Below, in pieces: positions 7,334-16,932 of a stretch of DNA of 64,000 nucleotides. Below the pieces are notes generated by a model, which did no database searches, was not told the DNA's origin, and saw only the letters and a program-made list of their open reading frames with translations. Numbering within the stretch: the stretch's first letter is position 1; every line of letters starts with the position of its first letter. The translations under genes and the position numbers were made by a program. The stretch comes from a virus (taxonomy: Duplodnaviria; Caudoviricetes): the IMG/VR virus record IMGVR_UViG_2693429820_000003, one strand, 5' to 3'.

Positions 7334-7349
7334 TTTCCCGTTCGGGAAA
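7334..7349 (-). promoter_or_regulatory. Palindrome/hairpin TTTCCCGAACGGGAAA, copy 3
   Basis: Immediately 5' of the AGGAG RBS of 6551-7318. Confidence 0.75.
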
Positions 7350-7639
7350 GTGAAGATTAGACATAGTAATGGCGTTCACTCGTTAGAGTGTCTTGAAGTA
7401 CTGGAGGGGGAAGGCCCCTGTTCACGAACTGAATATGACAGTGAGGATGGGGAGTTGGAAGGAGAACGTCAGATTGGATAAGTATATGATTTTATTGTAT
7501 TATTTTTACATATAGTGGGGAACCGTCGCGCATTTATTCTCGCCAAATTTTTCGATTTTTGGATGCTAGTACTAGCAACTTCCGCCAACAATACTTGGCA
7601 GAAGGGAGTCCAAGGACTCCCTCCGAATGAGCCAGGTGC

Positions 7640-7666
7640 AAAAGAAAAGGGGCCCGAAGGCCCCTC
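7640..7666 (-). terminator. Rho-independent terminator after the primase gene
   Basis: Minus strand AGGGGCC-TTCG-GGCCCCT-TTTCTTTT. Confidence 0.85.
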
Positions 7667-7729
7667 AATTCCCGTTCAGCGCTAGTTCCCGCTCCATTTC
7701 GTAAAGCGCGCGGTCCCACCAATCCGCGT

Positions 7730-10249
7730 CTACTTCGACGGCTTCGTCGGCTTCGTCGGATCGACAATCGTGAGGAACCTGTACGCTGAGTCCCCCGACC
7801 CGGCTCTGGAAGTCTTGCCCAGACCGTCCAACACTTCCTTGAAGCCGAACTCCTTCTGCAACTGGCGCATACGATCGATAAAGGTCTCGTATGCCGCAGG
7901 CTGCACATTCGCCTCGCTGACGCAGAACAAGCGGTAGGCGAGATAAACCTGCCGGGCGGGTGTGGTAGCCTCGCTCGATGCCCCGTTCTCGCCAACCCCC
8001 AGCTTCAGGTGTCCCCGATGATGAGAGTTGGCGAGGAAAAAACGGACAGGGTTCGTCCGATTTTCAACGCGTTTACATAGCTCCAAGCTGCTGGCGGGCA
8101 CGCAATACTCCGCGCGATCCTTCAATGTGATCAGCCCCTGCACTGCCCATGCCGCGATGGCCTCCCGTTCCTGCTCCAAGATCAGCTGATCGATGTTGAC
8201 GATGCGATCTTTCGTCTCGATGGAGTTGGAGAACTCCAAGAACAACCAGCGACGGGTGAAGCCTGCCGATGAGTCATCGGTACGAGGCAGAACGTTGGAG
8301 GCGAACCAGTGAGCAGCGATCGGATTGAACTTGTAGAGGGGTTGGTACTTACGTTGAGCCTGAATAGTGGAACCTTCCACCACCAGCTTGAAGATATCAC
8401 CCGAGATGAGGTCCCGCTCCGATAGCTCACCTGCAACATTGAGCACCTTGTCGGTCAGCTCCGCGACCGAGAACTGGTTGTTCCAGAACTTCGGAGCCAC
8501 CGCTGCTGCACAACCATCAGGCATCAGGCCCTGCATAATGCGTAGAATACGTGATTTACCCGTATCAGCTGGGCCATAGAGACAGAACACGCGGAAGTAC
8601 TGTGGCGCCACACCAAACAGGGTGGCTGCAAAAGCCTCCTGCAGAGCCTCAACCTTGTCGGCAAAGTCAGGATCGGTGCCCCAATAACGCACCAGAAGCT
8701 CCGAAAACATCGTCGCTTTGCCCGCCAACTCCGGCTGGTAGGGGTAGGGAAGCACATAAGTGCAGCCAAAGTCCTTGTTATGGGGCTGTAACGTCAGATC
8801 TTCGGTCAGATAGCCATTGACGAAGTTTATGCCCCGGATATCGCGTTGTTTGAGGTCAGCACGCGTCAACGTCGCCATAACCTTCACGACAGCGCGATAG
8901 TCGTTGTCCTTCTTGCATGCCGGGAAGTTGCCATACTCCGTGGCCACGATCTTCTGCAGGTCAGCGGCCTCCATTGGCACCCAATGCGCGCCTTGCCATT
9001 GGTAAAACATCTCATTGGAGAAGCGTAGCTCCCCTGTCCGCTCGACATTGTCGATGACAGCACGCGCGATCTCGGTCTGATCGTTGCCCGCAATGTCGCC
9101 CTTCTGAAATTCGCGAATTTGCCGAAGGATGCTTGCGGCGGTGAGGTTGTTCGCCGTCGCACCCTGGAGCACTTTCACAATATGCTGCTGCTCGAGCGGT
9201 GTGATGCCTGGATTACCGGCCACGCGCGCGCACATAATCCCAACCAACTCGGTCATCTTCGGGTTGGTGTGGTCGAGACCGTCTGACTGGATCTTCGCAT
9301 GGAAGTCGTCGATGATCTCCTGATACGAGAAACGCCGGTTTTCACTGGTGATGTCGTCGAGGCCCAGCTCTTTCAGCTGGTCTACGGTCATACCCTCATC
9401 CCAACCAGCTGGAAGCGTCAGCTTTTTCGGGCCAAAAAGGTCCTTCCGCAGCCATTCGACGATCTTTTCCGTCATCTTTGCAGGCGGGAGTTCGTCTCCC
9501 GGAACCTTTTCGACACGGTCCTGCACCCACTGAAAACCGACGTCCAGACCCTCTTTCAGGGTGATATTGCCCTTGATGATGTCGGAAACGATGCCACCGG
9601 CGAAGCGGACGAGCGCATTATCGCGCCCACCAGCCGGAACCCAGTTCACAAAGCCGACGCGCGCAGCACCTGAAGCCACCTCGTAGCCGTTCTGACGCAG
9701 CGCATCGCGGGCCAGCTCGCCAAACGACGTCGGCAAGGTGCCAATCTGGCCTAGCACGTCCAGCAGATCGCAGTTGGCGGTGTAGGGCGCCATCAATCCC
9801 GGATGGATCGAGGGCGGCAACAACACCTGAGCACCCGTCGACAGGAAGTCGAGGACGTTGGTGCCGTCCGCGAGCTTCACGTGGAAGGTGTTCTGGCCCT
9901 GATACTTGAACAGCTTGACGTAGCCCTTGCGCCCACGACGCAGCCACGGCGATTTCGGTGTGATGCTGTCGATAGCATTCAGTATGCCCGGTTCGTCACT
10001 ATCGACGTCGAGCGCAACAAGGCCAGAAGCCTGCCCCAGAACCAGGCCCATGTTGTGGTCCGGAAACATCTGCAGCCAACCGGCTTGCTCGGCATCCCCA
10101 ACGGGCACGGCCGAGTAACGCTGCCAGGTAGAAATCGCAGGACGCTTGCCGGCCGCCTTGTCGGCCCCGGACGGGTCGGGTCGTGTGATCGGGATAACCG
10201 ATAGTCCAGCAGCCCAATAGCCTGGCGCGTTCTCACTAAAAATACCCAT
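7730..10249 (-). CDS. Primase-polymerase (Prim-Pol) fused to D5-like SF3 helicase
   Basis: N-terminal GKRPA...NMGLVLG...LVALDVD and VLLPPSIHP; Walker A GPADTGKS; SF3 motif C FASNVLP. Confidence 0.9.
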   Translation of the reverse strand: MGIFSENAPGYWAAGLSVIPITRPDPSGADKAAGKRPAISTWQRYSAVPVGDAEQAGWLQMFPDHNMGLVLGQASGLVALDVDSDEPGILNAIDSITPKSPWLRRGRKGYVKLFKYQGQNTFHVKLADGTNVLDFLSTGAQVLLPPSIHPGLMAPYTANCDLLDVLGQIGTLPTSFGELARDALRQNGYEVASGAARVGFVNWVPAGGRDNALVRFAGGIVSDIIKGNITLKEGLDVGFQWVQDRVEKVPGDELPPAKMTEKIVEWLRKDLFGPKKLTLPAGWDEGMTVDQLKELGLDDITSENRRFSYQEIIDDFHAKIQSDGLDHTNPKMTELVGIMCARVAGNPGITPLEQQHIVKVLQGATANNLTAASILRQIREFQKGDIAGNDQTEIARAVIDNVERTGELRFSNEMFYQWQGAHWVPMEAADLQKIVATEYGNFPACKKDNDYRAVVKVMATLTRADLKQRDIRGINFVNGYLTEDLTLQPHNKDFGCTYVLPYPYQPELAGKATMFSELLVRYWGTDPDFADKVEALQEAFAATLFGVAPQYFRVFCLYGPADTGKSRILRIMQGLMPDGCAAAVAPKFWNNQFSVAELTDKVLNVAGELSERDLISGDIFKLVVEGSTIQAQRKYQPLYKFNPIAAHWFASNVLPRTDDSSAGFTRRWLFLEFSNSIETKDRIVNIDQLILEQEREAIAAWAVQGLITLKDRAEYCVPASSLELCKRVENRTNPVRFFLANSHHRGHLKLGVGENGASSEATTPARQVYLAYRLFCVSEANVQPAAYETFIDRMRQLQKEFGFKEVLDGLGKTSRAGSGDSAYRFLTIVDPTKPTKPSK

Positions 10250-10255
10250 AACCCC

Positions 10256-10795
10256 TTAAGCCTCCAATTTCGATTCAGCGCCCGCGCCCAGCTTCAAATC
10301 AGCGACCGACTGCAGGTTCCGCAACCGATTGCGAAACTGCGTGCGGCCATTGACGTCGAGCATGTCGTCCATGACGCCGAAAACGATTTGCTGAAATTCC
10401 ACGGTCTCTCGAAGCGTGTAGACGCGCTCCTTCAGGCTCACCCACTTCTCCAGAAGCGAGGTCTTGGCCTTTACGAGCTGAATACGGTCGCTGGGGTCAG
10501 TGTCCGTAGACATCGACACATCCAACTCGATCTTCTTCATCATCTCGATGGTGGCTTCCACCTCTTCGAGGACGACTTCGAACTTGTCCTTCGCGCCCTC
10601 AAACACCGGAACACGGTCGCCACCCGAAACGGGCCCCTCACTGAGGAAACGGTTGAGGTAGACCCTCAACTCACGGGGGTAAGGGCAACTTGTCTGGCCC
10701 AGGTACTCATCTACGGACATACCGCTTTCACTATGAGCCAGCTTCAATGCTCTCAATCGTATGTCTAGGTCCTTGGGCAACAGAGGATAGGTCAC
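10256..10795 (-). CDS. Hypothetical helical protein, possible terminase small subunit
   Basis: Adjacent but divergent to the large terminase; size and helical C-terminus compatible; function inferred only. Confidence 0.45.
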   Translation of the reverse strand: MTYPLLPKDLDIRLRALKLAHSESGMSVDEYLGQTSCPYPRELRVYLNRFLSEGPVSGGDRVPVFEGAKDKFEVVLEEVEATIEMMKKIELDVSMSTDTDPSDRIQLVKAKTSLLEKWVSLKERVYTLRETVEFQQIVFGVMDDMLDVNGRTQFRNRLRNLQSVADLKLGAGAESKLEA

Positions 10796-10953
10796 TCGCA
10801 ATCCCTTAAAAGTGAGGTGGACGACGGAGATCGTGGCCATACCAGCGATCAGCAAGGGGAAGTCGCGCGACTCCCTTCTTAAAAACCCGCGTGCTGCAGG
10901 GCTTTCTAGCGGCTCTTTTGCAGCTGGGGTGTCGTCCCCATATTTGCAAACGC

Positions 10954-12702
10954 ATGAACCCGTTGCTCAGTGAGTTCATTTCCACTGCGGACACTCGTTA
11001 CGATGACGACTCGTCCGAAACTTCAATGTCCGAATGGGTCATCAAAAACACGCGTCTCAAGCGCAAGCCCTACAGCTTCAGAGGCTATGAGTTCCAGCAG
11101 AAGATCATCGACGACCTGCACCAGAACCTGTGCTGCATCAAATGCTCACAGGTCGGCCTCACCGAGAGCCAGCTGCGCAAGTACCTAGGTTGGCTGCGAC
11201 GCAACCCTGGCACCACCGGCATCTACACGATGCCCGACGACAAAATGCGGGACCGTGTTTCGCAGACGCGCGTCAAGCCGCTGATCACGACGGAACCGGT
11301 GTTCAACCCTCCGCGCGGAGACAGCCCTGTCAGGCAGAAGGGCATCTATCAGATCGACGATTCCTTCGCCTATTTCACCGGAAATACCGAGGGTGACGCG
11401 ACCTCGATCCCTGCCGACATCCTCGTTCACGACGAACTGGACCTCTCGGACCAGGAGAACATCGGCCTCTTTCAATCCCGCCTGCAGAACTCCGACTTCA
11501 AGATCCGCCAGACTTTCTCGACCCCAACCTTTCTCGGGTTCGGGATCGATGCCATGTTCAACCTGTCGGACCAGTGGGAGTTTTTCACGCGCTGCCCCGG
11601 CTGCAGGCAGCATCAATTGCCAGAATTCCACCTCCGCCACATGCACCTTCCAGGTCTCCTCAAGAAGGAAGACGACCTGACCAAGCTGACGGCCGAGGAC
11701 ATTGGCCGGATCGACATATCCCAAACCTATTGGCGCTGCGAGAAGTGCTCGACCCAGCTCCATCTTGGTGACACCAGCATCCGTGAGTGGGTCGCCAAGC
11801 ATCCGAGCCGCACCCAGAACCGTGGATATCGCGTCCGACCGACGTCCATCGATCGCATCACGATCCCTTACATATTCCAGCGTCTGGTGGAGCATCAGCG
11901 CCTCGACAATATGAAGGGCTTCTTCAACACGGTGCTGGGCGAGGCCTATAACGATTCCAACGCTCGGATCAGCGAGGCTGACATCAAGGCCTGCATGGAC
12001 AGCCCCGGCGAGCCCTCCGACAACATCAATGAGCCCTGCACCATTGGTATCGACCAAGGCAACATCTGTCATATCACGGTCGGGACGCCAACGCGCACCC
12101 TGCTCCACACCCAGGTCCCGCGCAACGAACTGAAGGATAAAGTCCTCTATCTCTTGAAGCGCTTCAACATCGTCAGCGGCGCGATGGACCGTTATCCCGA
12201 CACAACGCTGGCGGAGTCGATCCGCGACCTTGAAGGATACAAGGGCATCATTTGGCCAATTCACTACGGAACAGCAGCCAATAGTCCCTTCCTGAAGGAG
12301 ACCAAGGATGAGTTCGACGAGATCACCCACTGGGTAGCCCATCGTACCAAGACCCTGGATCAAGTCGCTACTATCATCCGCAACCATAAGCTTTCGCTCA
12401 ATGGCTTCGGTCATCACCAGTCTCTGCTGATCAACCACCTGCGTGGCATGTTCCGTAAGGAAGCACCCGACATCCTTCCGGTGTGGGAGAAGCTCACCGA
12501 GGAAGATCACTTCTTTCACTCACTGGGTTACATGCTGCTCGCACGTCGCCTTGTCGACGTCATCTTTCACAATAGCGAGCCTGAACTCAGGTCCAACGCA
12601 TTGCTGATCGGCGGTACGACTTCAATCGTACCCGACCTCTCCCCAAATTCGCTGAACAGACGCACCCCCCGGTCGTCATTAGGAATGCTGACGGTTGCTT
12701 GA
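10954..12702 (+). CDS. Terminase large subunit, lambda gpA-like
   Basis: YEFQ Q-motif, KCSQVGLTE Walker A variant, LVHDE Walker B, STPT, CPGC...CEKC zinc ribbon, GIDQG nuclease motif, DHFFHS. Confidence 0.92.
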   Translation: MNPLLSEFISTADTRYDDDSSETSMSEWVIKNTRLKRKPYSFRGYEFQQKIIDDLHQNLCCIKCSQVGLTESQLRKYLGWLRRNPGTTGIYTMPDDKMRDRVSQTRVKPLITTEPVFNPPRGDSPVRQKGIYQIDDSFAYFTGNTEGDATSIPADILVHDELDLSDQENIGLFQSRLQNSDFKIRQTFSTPTFLGFGIDAMFNLSDQWEFFTRCPGCRQHQLPEFHLRHMHLPGLLKKEDDLTKLTAEDIGRIDISQTYWRCEKCSTQLHLGDTSIREWVAKHPSRTQNRGYRVRPTSIDRITIPYIFQRLVEHQRLDNMKGFFNTVLGEAYNDSNARISEADIKACMDSPGEPSDNINEPCTIGIDQGNICHITVGTPTRTLLHTQVPRNELKDKVLYLLKRFNIVSGAMDRYPDTTLAESIRDLEGYKGIIWPIHYGTAANSPFLKETKDEFDEITHWVAHRTKTLDQVATIIRNHKLSLNGFGHHQSLLINHLRGMFRKEAPDILPVWEKLTEEDHFFHSLGYMLLARRLVDVIFHNSEPELRSNALLIGGTTSIVPDLSPNSLNRRTPRSSLGMLTVA

Positions 12703-14161
12703 CGGCCTGCTGAACATCATTCTACCCAAGAAGAAAGCCCCGAATGGGGGCGTCAGCAACACTCCGACTTTCCAACCCGACCAAAAAGACCAGGTGCTTA
12801 CCGTCCCGCAGTACCGGGACCATCTGACCGATCTCTTCACGTCCCGTCAGGCGAACAACAGCCAGGACCTTCTCAAGGCGCTGTTCCGCCAGGACCCCGA
12901 CGTATCCGCGACCGTCAACGGCTACTTGACGCTCGCGAACACCGAAATGGTGATGTGGGCGACTGACGCTCAGGGCGCTGTCGACCGCGACGCGAGCAAT
13001 GCTCTCGCCACGCTGGTCACGCGCCTCACGCGACAGGTCGACTACACACTCGGCTTCCAGCTCAAGCAATCGATTTACCAGCTCAACGCCGACCTTCGAT
13101 ACATGCTTCTCCTTCGCGGTGGTATCGGCGCGGAGTTGGTATTTGATAAGGCCCAGCTCCCTGACAGCATTCGTCAGGTCGACCTGGCATCAATCCGTTG
13201 GTACGAGAAGGCCTCGGGTGTCTATAAGCCGGGGCAGTCCGTCCAGGGTCGGGGCGACCCTGTGATGCTCGATACCCCGGCTTTCTTCGTCTCGTTCTAC
13301 CGCCGGGACCCGACGACGATCTACACCGACTCCACGTTCATCGCCGCGATCAATACCATTGCTGCGCGTCAGCAGGTCATCAACGACCTGTACCGGATCA
13401 TGCAGATCACCGGCTTTCCTCGCATGGACATCAAAGTCCTTGAGGAAGTGATCATCAATCGGGCACCGGCAAACATCAAAGCCGACCCAACCAAGCTGCG
13501 TGAGTTCGTCAACAACCAGGTTGCTGCGATCCAGTCGACGTTCCAGAGCCTGCGTGCCGACCAGTCGGTGGTCCACACGGATTCCGTCGAATTCGATATC
13601 CTGAATGGCAGCTCGGCCGCTGTGGCTCTCGACGTAACGAACGTTGTCGAGACCCTAAACGCTCAGAACCAAGCTGCGCTCAAGACGATGGCAACCGTCC
13701 TCGGTCGTGGCAGTGCCGGCGTCAACACCGGCTCAGTCGAAGCCCGGCTGGCCGCCATGTACGCCGACGAGTTGAACGAGCCGTTGGCTGAGATGTACGA
13801 GAAGATGTTCTCGTTCTGCCTCCACCAGCAGGGATTCCAGGGCTTCGCCAACGTCAAGTTCCGTCAGGCTGAGCTACGCCCGGACCTTGAGCTGGAGACA
13901 ATGCGCCAGATCAAGACCGCTCGTATGCGACAGGACCTGTCGGACGGCATCATCACCGACATTGAATACGCGCTCGAGATGTACGGGCGCCTACCGAATC
14001 CAACCGCGCCTGAGCTGTCGGGCACTGGCTTCATGACGCCAACGCCCACGGCCGCTCCCAACGCTGCTGACATCTCCCCGAACACCGACCCACTCGGTCG
14101 CTCGCTAACCCCGGGCAAAACCGGCGCGACGAAGACTAACCTGCCTAAGAGGAAGTCCTGA
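12695..14161 (+). CDS. Portal protein
   Basis: 488 aa gene directly after the terminase; DPDVSATV and LLLRGGIGAELV portal-like segments. Confidence 0.8.
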   Translation: MLDGLLNIILPKKKAPNGGVSNTPTFQPDQKDQVLTVPQYRDHLTDLFTSRQANNSQDLLKALFRQDPDVSATVNGYLTLANTEMVMWATDAQGAVDRDASNALATLVTRLTRQVDYTLGFQLKQSIYQLNADLRYMLLLRGGIGAELVFDKAQLPDSIRQVDLASIRWYEKASGVYKPGQSVQGRGDPVMLDTPAFFVSFYRRDPTTIYTDSTFIAAINTIAARQQVINDLYRIMQITGFPRMDIKVLEEVIINRAPANIKADPTKLREFVNNQVAAIQSTFQSLRADQSVVHTDSVEFDILNGSSAAVALDVTNVVETLNAQNQAALKTMATVLGRGSAGVNTGSVEARLAAMYADELNEPLAEMYEKMFSFCLHQQGFQGFANVKFRQAELRPDLELETMRQIKTARMRQDLSDGIITDIEYALEMYGRLPNPTAPELSGTGFMTPTPTAAPNAADISPNTDPLGRSLTPGKTGATKTNLPKRKS

Positions 14162-14487
14162 TGCCGATATTTCGCGACGCGGCCTGGGGGCAACGTCTCA
14201 TCCTGCAGGATCTCACCGGCGACCCAATCAACCTAACGGGCGTCCCGCTGCGGATGCAGTTTCGCGAGTATCCGGATCACCCCACCGCTTTGATCGACAT
14301 GTCGACCGCGAACGGGCTGTTGAGTACGAGCGCCAACCCAACGGGAGGCGTTGTCGACGTTCATCTCGGCCCCAGCGATACGGCGACTCTCCCCAAGATC
14401 AGCTTGTATTGGGACCTCATCCGCACGGACACCAACGTCCCACTTTGCGGAGGTCGCGTTCTCGTTGACCAGGTGGTGACGCGATGA
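14161..14487 (+). CDS. Virion structural protein, Ig-like/BppU-type adaptor
   Basis: PINLTG...MQFR...YWDLI...GRV beta-rich pattern seen in fibre-associated adaptors. Confidence 0.55.
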   Translation: MPIFRDAAWGQRLILQDLTGDPINLTGVPLRMQFREYPDHPTALIDMSTANGLLSTSANPTGGVVDVHLGPSDTATLPKISLYWDLIRTDTNVPLCGGRVLVDQVVTR

Positions 14488-16352
14488 GCGATCTCGTTGT
14501 CACTTATACCACGAACAATGTCGTCGTCACCGGCATCTACGGCGCCGCCGTTGGCATCCAGGGCCCGGCGGGTCGAGCCGCAATCTACGGCGCGGGAGCA
14601 CCCGGTCCAACTGTTGGCGAAAACGGGCTGTTCTACATCGACCACACCAACTGGCGGATGTACGGCCCGAAAGCCGGAGGTGTTTGGCCAGCTCCGGTTT
14701 CGTTAATCGGTCCAGCGCACTGGTTAGGGGCGTCCGCTACGGCCCCAACCGTCAACCTTGCTGGGGCCCCGCTCGTCGCTGGCGACATGTACTGGAGCAC
14801 TGCCACCAGCAAATGGCGATCGTGGACGGGTACCGCTTGGGTCGACATAGATGCGGGCGCAGTAGCAGCTCGCAACGCGGCTGAAGGCTTTGCGACTAAC
14901 GCCGCCGCCAGCGCTTCCCAAGCGGCGACTGATAGAACTGCAGCCGCTGGTTCTGCATCGTCCGCGTCCACCTCGGCAACAACCGCCACGAACGCAGCTA
15001 CAACCACATCCGCTGACCGTGTTGCCGTCGCGGCAGACAAATCGACGGTGGCTGCTGATAAGGCAACAGTCGCCGCTGATAAGGCCACGGTCGCGGCCGA
15101 CAAGGCCACCGTCGCGGGCGACAAGACCGCTGCAGCAAACTCTGCGACCGCCTCGGCCAATTCTGCAACCGCCTCGGCCGGTTCTGCAACCGCGTCCCAG
15201 AACAGTGCGACAGCCGCCGCCGGTTCAGCGACGGCTGCGAACACTTCATGGTTGCAGATAGATAAGCGCAATCTGGGTGCCAAAAGCTCCGCCCCCACGC
15301 TCGATAACCAAGGCCAGGCCCTCGTCGCGGGCACGGTTTATTTCGACAGCCCCACAAGTACGACCAAGGTCTGGACTGGATCAGCTTGGATACTTGCTGC
15401 GTCAGCAACTGCTTTGGACCGGTCAGCAAATCTCAGTGATCTTTCCAATGCAGACACTGCACTCACCAATCTGGGTGCCACCACTGTAGGCAAGGCGCTT
15501 CTCAAGGCTGCAACCGTAGCCGCCCAGCGGGTAGCGTTGGGCTTCACTACTGCCGGCTCGACCCTAGTCCAGGCGGCCGACACAGCCGCTCAACGGGCTG
15601 TTCTGGGCTTTTCGACGATCGGCTCCACCTTCATTCAAGCTGCTGATGCGGCAGCGGCGCGTGTCGTACTCGGCATCACTTCCGTTGGCTCAGCACTAGT
15701 CACGGCGGCCGACGCGGCAGCGGCGCGTGTCGTACTCGGCATCACTTCCGCCGGCTCGGCCATAGTCACAGCGGCTGACGCAGCCGCGCAACGTACCGCG
15801 CTGGGCATTTCCGCTGCTAACACCCCATCCACCGCCACCGGCAACATTGCCGCGACTAACGTGCAAGCAGCGCTTGCAGAATTGGACAGCGAAAAGCAGA
15901 ATCTTCATAACAATTTGACGGCGCTGGCTGGGCTCACGCTAGCTGCCAATAAGTTGCCCTACGCAACTGGCGCTGGTGCACTATCTTTGGTCGATCTCAC
16001 GGCTTTCGTTCGCACACTGTTGGATGACGCCGACTCCGCCGCGTTTCTGACAACACTTGGTTTCGTATTCTCGATGGGGGCAAACGGATATGTCAAGTTC
16101 CCGAATGGCCTTCTCATCCAGTGGGGATCGCAGAGCGGCGGCACAGGACTGGTCGATACCTACTACCCCATCGCATCCCCAAACGTCATGGCGATATTCA
16201 CGACGATTACAGGTGCCACCGCCTCAACCGTAACGGCGAACGTTTATGACCGATTCGCCACATACTTTCGCTGCTATCGTCGCGTCCAGACCTCGGGAGC
16301 CATGGGCGACGCTAGCGAAACGTTCTTCTTCCTCGTAATTGGAAGTACATGA
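14484..16352 (+). CDS. Fibre protein with repeats and C-terminal NGYVKFPNGLLIQWG domain
   Basis: Collagen-like IQGPAG, Ala/Ser/Thr-rich shaft, NLSDL motif, tail-fibre C-terminal signature. Confidence 0.85.
   Translation: MSDLVVTYTTNNVVVTGIYGAAVGIQGPAGRAAIYGAGAPGPTVGENGLFYIDHTNWRMYGPKAGGVWPAPVSLIGPAHWLGASATAPTVNLAGAPLVAGDMYWSTATSKWRSWTGTAWVDIDAGAVAARNAAEGFATNAAASASQAATDRTAAAGSASSASTSATTATNAATTTSADRVAVAADKSTVAADKATVAADKATVAADKATVAGDKTAAANSATASANSATASAGSATASQNSATAAAGSATAANTSWLQIDKRNLGAKSSAPTLDNQGQALVAGTVYFDSPTSTTKVWTGSAWILAASATALDRSANLSDLSNADTALTNLGATTVGKALLKAATVAAQRVALGFTTAGSTLVQAADTAAQRAVLGFSTIGSTFIQAADAAAARVVLGITSVGSALVTAADAAAARVVLGITSAGSAIVTAADAAAQRTALGISAANTPSTATGNIAATNVQAALAELDSEKQNLHNNLTALAGLTLAANKLPYATGAGALSLVDLTAFVRTLLDDADSAAFLTTLGFVFSMGANGYVKFPNGLLIQWGSQSGGTGLVDTYYPIASPNVMAIFTTITGATASTVTANVYDRFATYFRCYRRVQTSGAMGDASETFFFLVIGST
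15021..15126 (+). repeat. Five 21-nt/7-aa repeats (xTVAADK) in the fibre
   Basis: VAVAADK STVAADK ATVAADK ATVAADK ATVAGDK. Confidence 0.85.
15480..15810 (+). repeat. 66-nt/22-aa repeats in the fibre
   Basis: ADAAAARVVLGITSxGSA units; exact 37-bp duplication at 15648-15684 and 15714-15750. Confidence 0.85.
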
Positions 16353-16837
16353 CCGTGCTGATGACGATCGACGCCGAAGGGCGACCAACCGGCTTCTACG
16401 TTCCCGAAATTCATGGTAACGCCATCCCTTCGGGCGCTATTGAGATTACCGAAGCACAGTGGCGAGAGGCACTGAGTAATCAAGGCCGACGTTTATGGAA
16501 CGGCTCCGCTCTCATTGAGTGTGATCTACCTCCATCGACCCCCTTACCCATTGAACTGATCGGGGCCATTTCACGCCGCCAGTTCGCAAAAGGGCTCGCG
16601 CACCATGAGTTCGTGGCACAGGAAGAGGCCGAAGCATTCCTAACTGTTGGCACGTTGCCAGCAGCGTTTGCTACCATGGTCGCTTCATTGCCACCCGAAG
16701 AGCAGTTCGACGCGCGAATGGATTTGCAGGCAGCAACCTTCGAACGCAATCACCCTTTGGTCTCAGTGTTCGGTTCTGCTCAGGGCATGACTGAAGTGCA
16801 GATAGACGATTTCTGGCATTACTGCTGGATGCTCTGA
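16349..16837 (+). CDS. Tail fibre assembly chaperone-like protein
   Basis: GFYVPEIHG.AIP.GAIEIT..QW motif, follows the fibre gene; second domain ISRRQF...FERNHPLV. Confidence 0.7.
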   Translation: MTVLMTIDAEGRPTGFYVPEIHGNAIPSGAIEITEAQWREALSNQGRRLWNGSALIECDLPPSTPLPIELIGAISRRQFAKGLAHHEFVAQEEAEAFLTVGTLPAAFATMVASLPPEEQFDARMDLQAATFERNHPLVSVFGSAQGMTEVQIDDFWHYCWML

Positions 16838-16850
16838 TCTCAGCACATTA

Positions 16851-16866
16851 TAACACGGCATAACAC
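16851..16866. promoter_or_regulatory. TAACACGGCATAACAC direct-repeat site, copy 1
   Basis: Identical 16-mer at 22934-22949; intergenic, upstream of the protease/capsid genes. Confidence 0.6.
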
Positions 16867-16932
16867 AGCACTGATTGATAGCCCCAGTCCTGATCCTACG
16901 TGAGCAGCAGCCCGTAGTTTCAGGATTTTTCT

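Noticed and set aside
10920-10953. Sigma54-type promoter from TTTGCA upstream of TerL (similar word at 22983)
   Set aside because: The -24 GG is not at the required spacing upstream of TerL
11185-12519. 444-aa antisense ORF inside the terminase
   Set aside because: Shadow frame caused by GC-biased codon usage; no motifs
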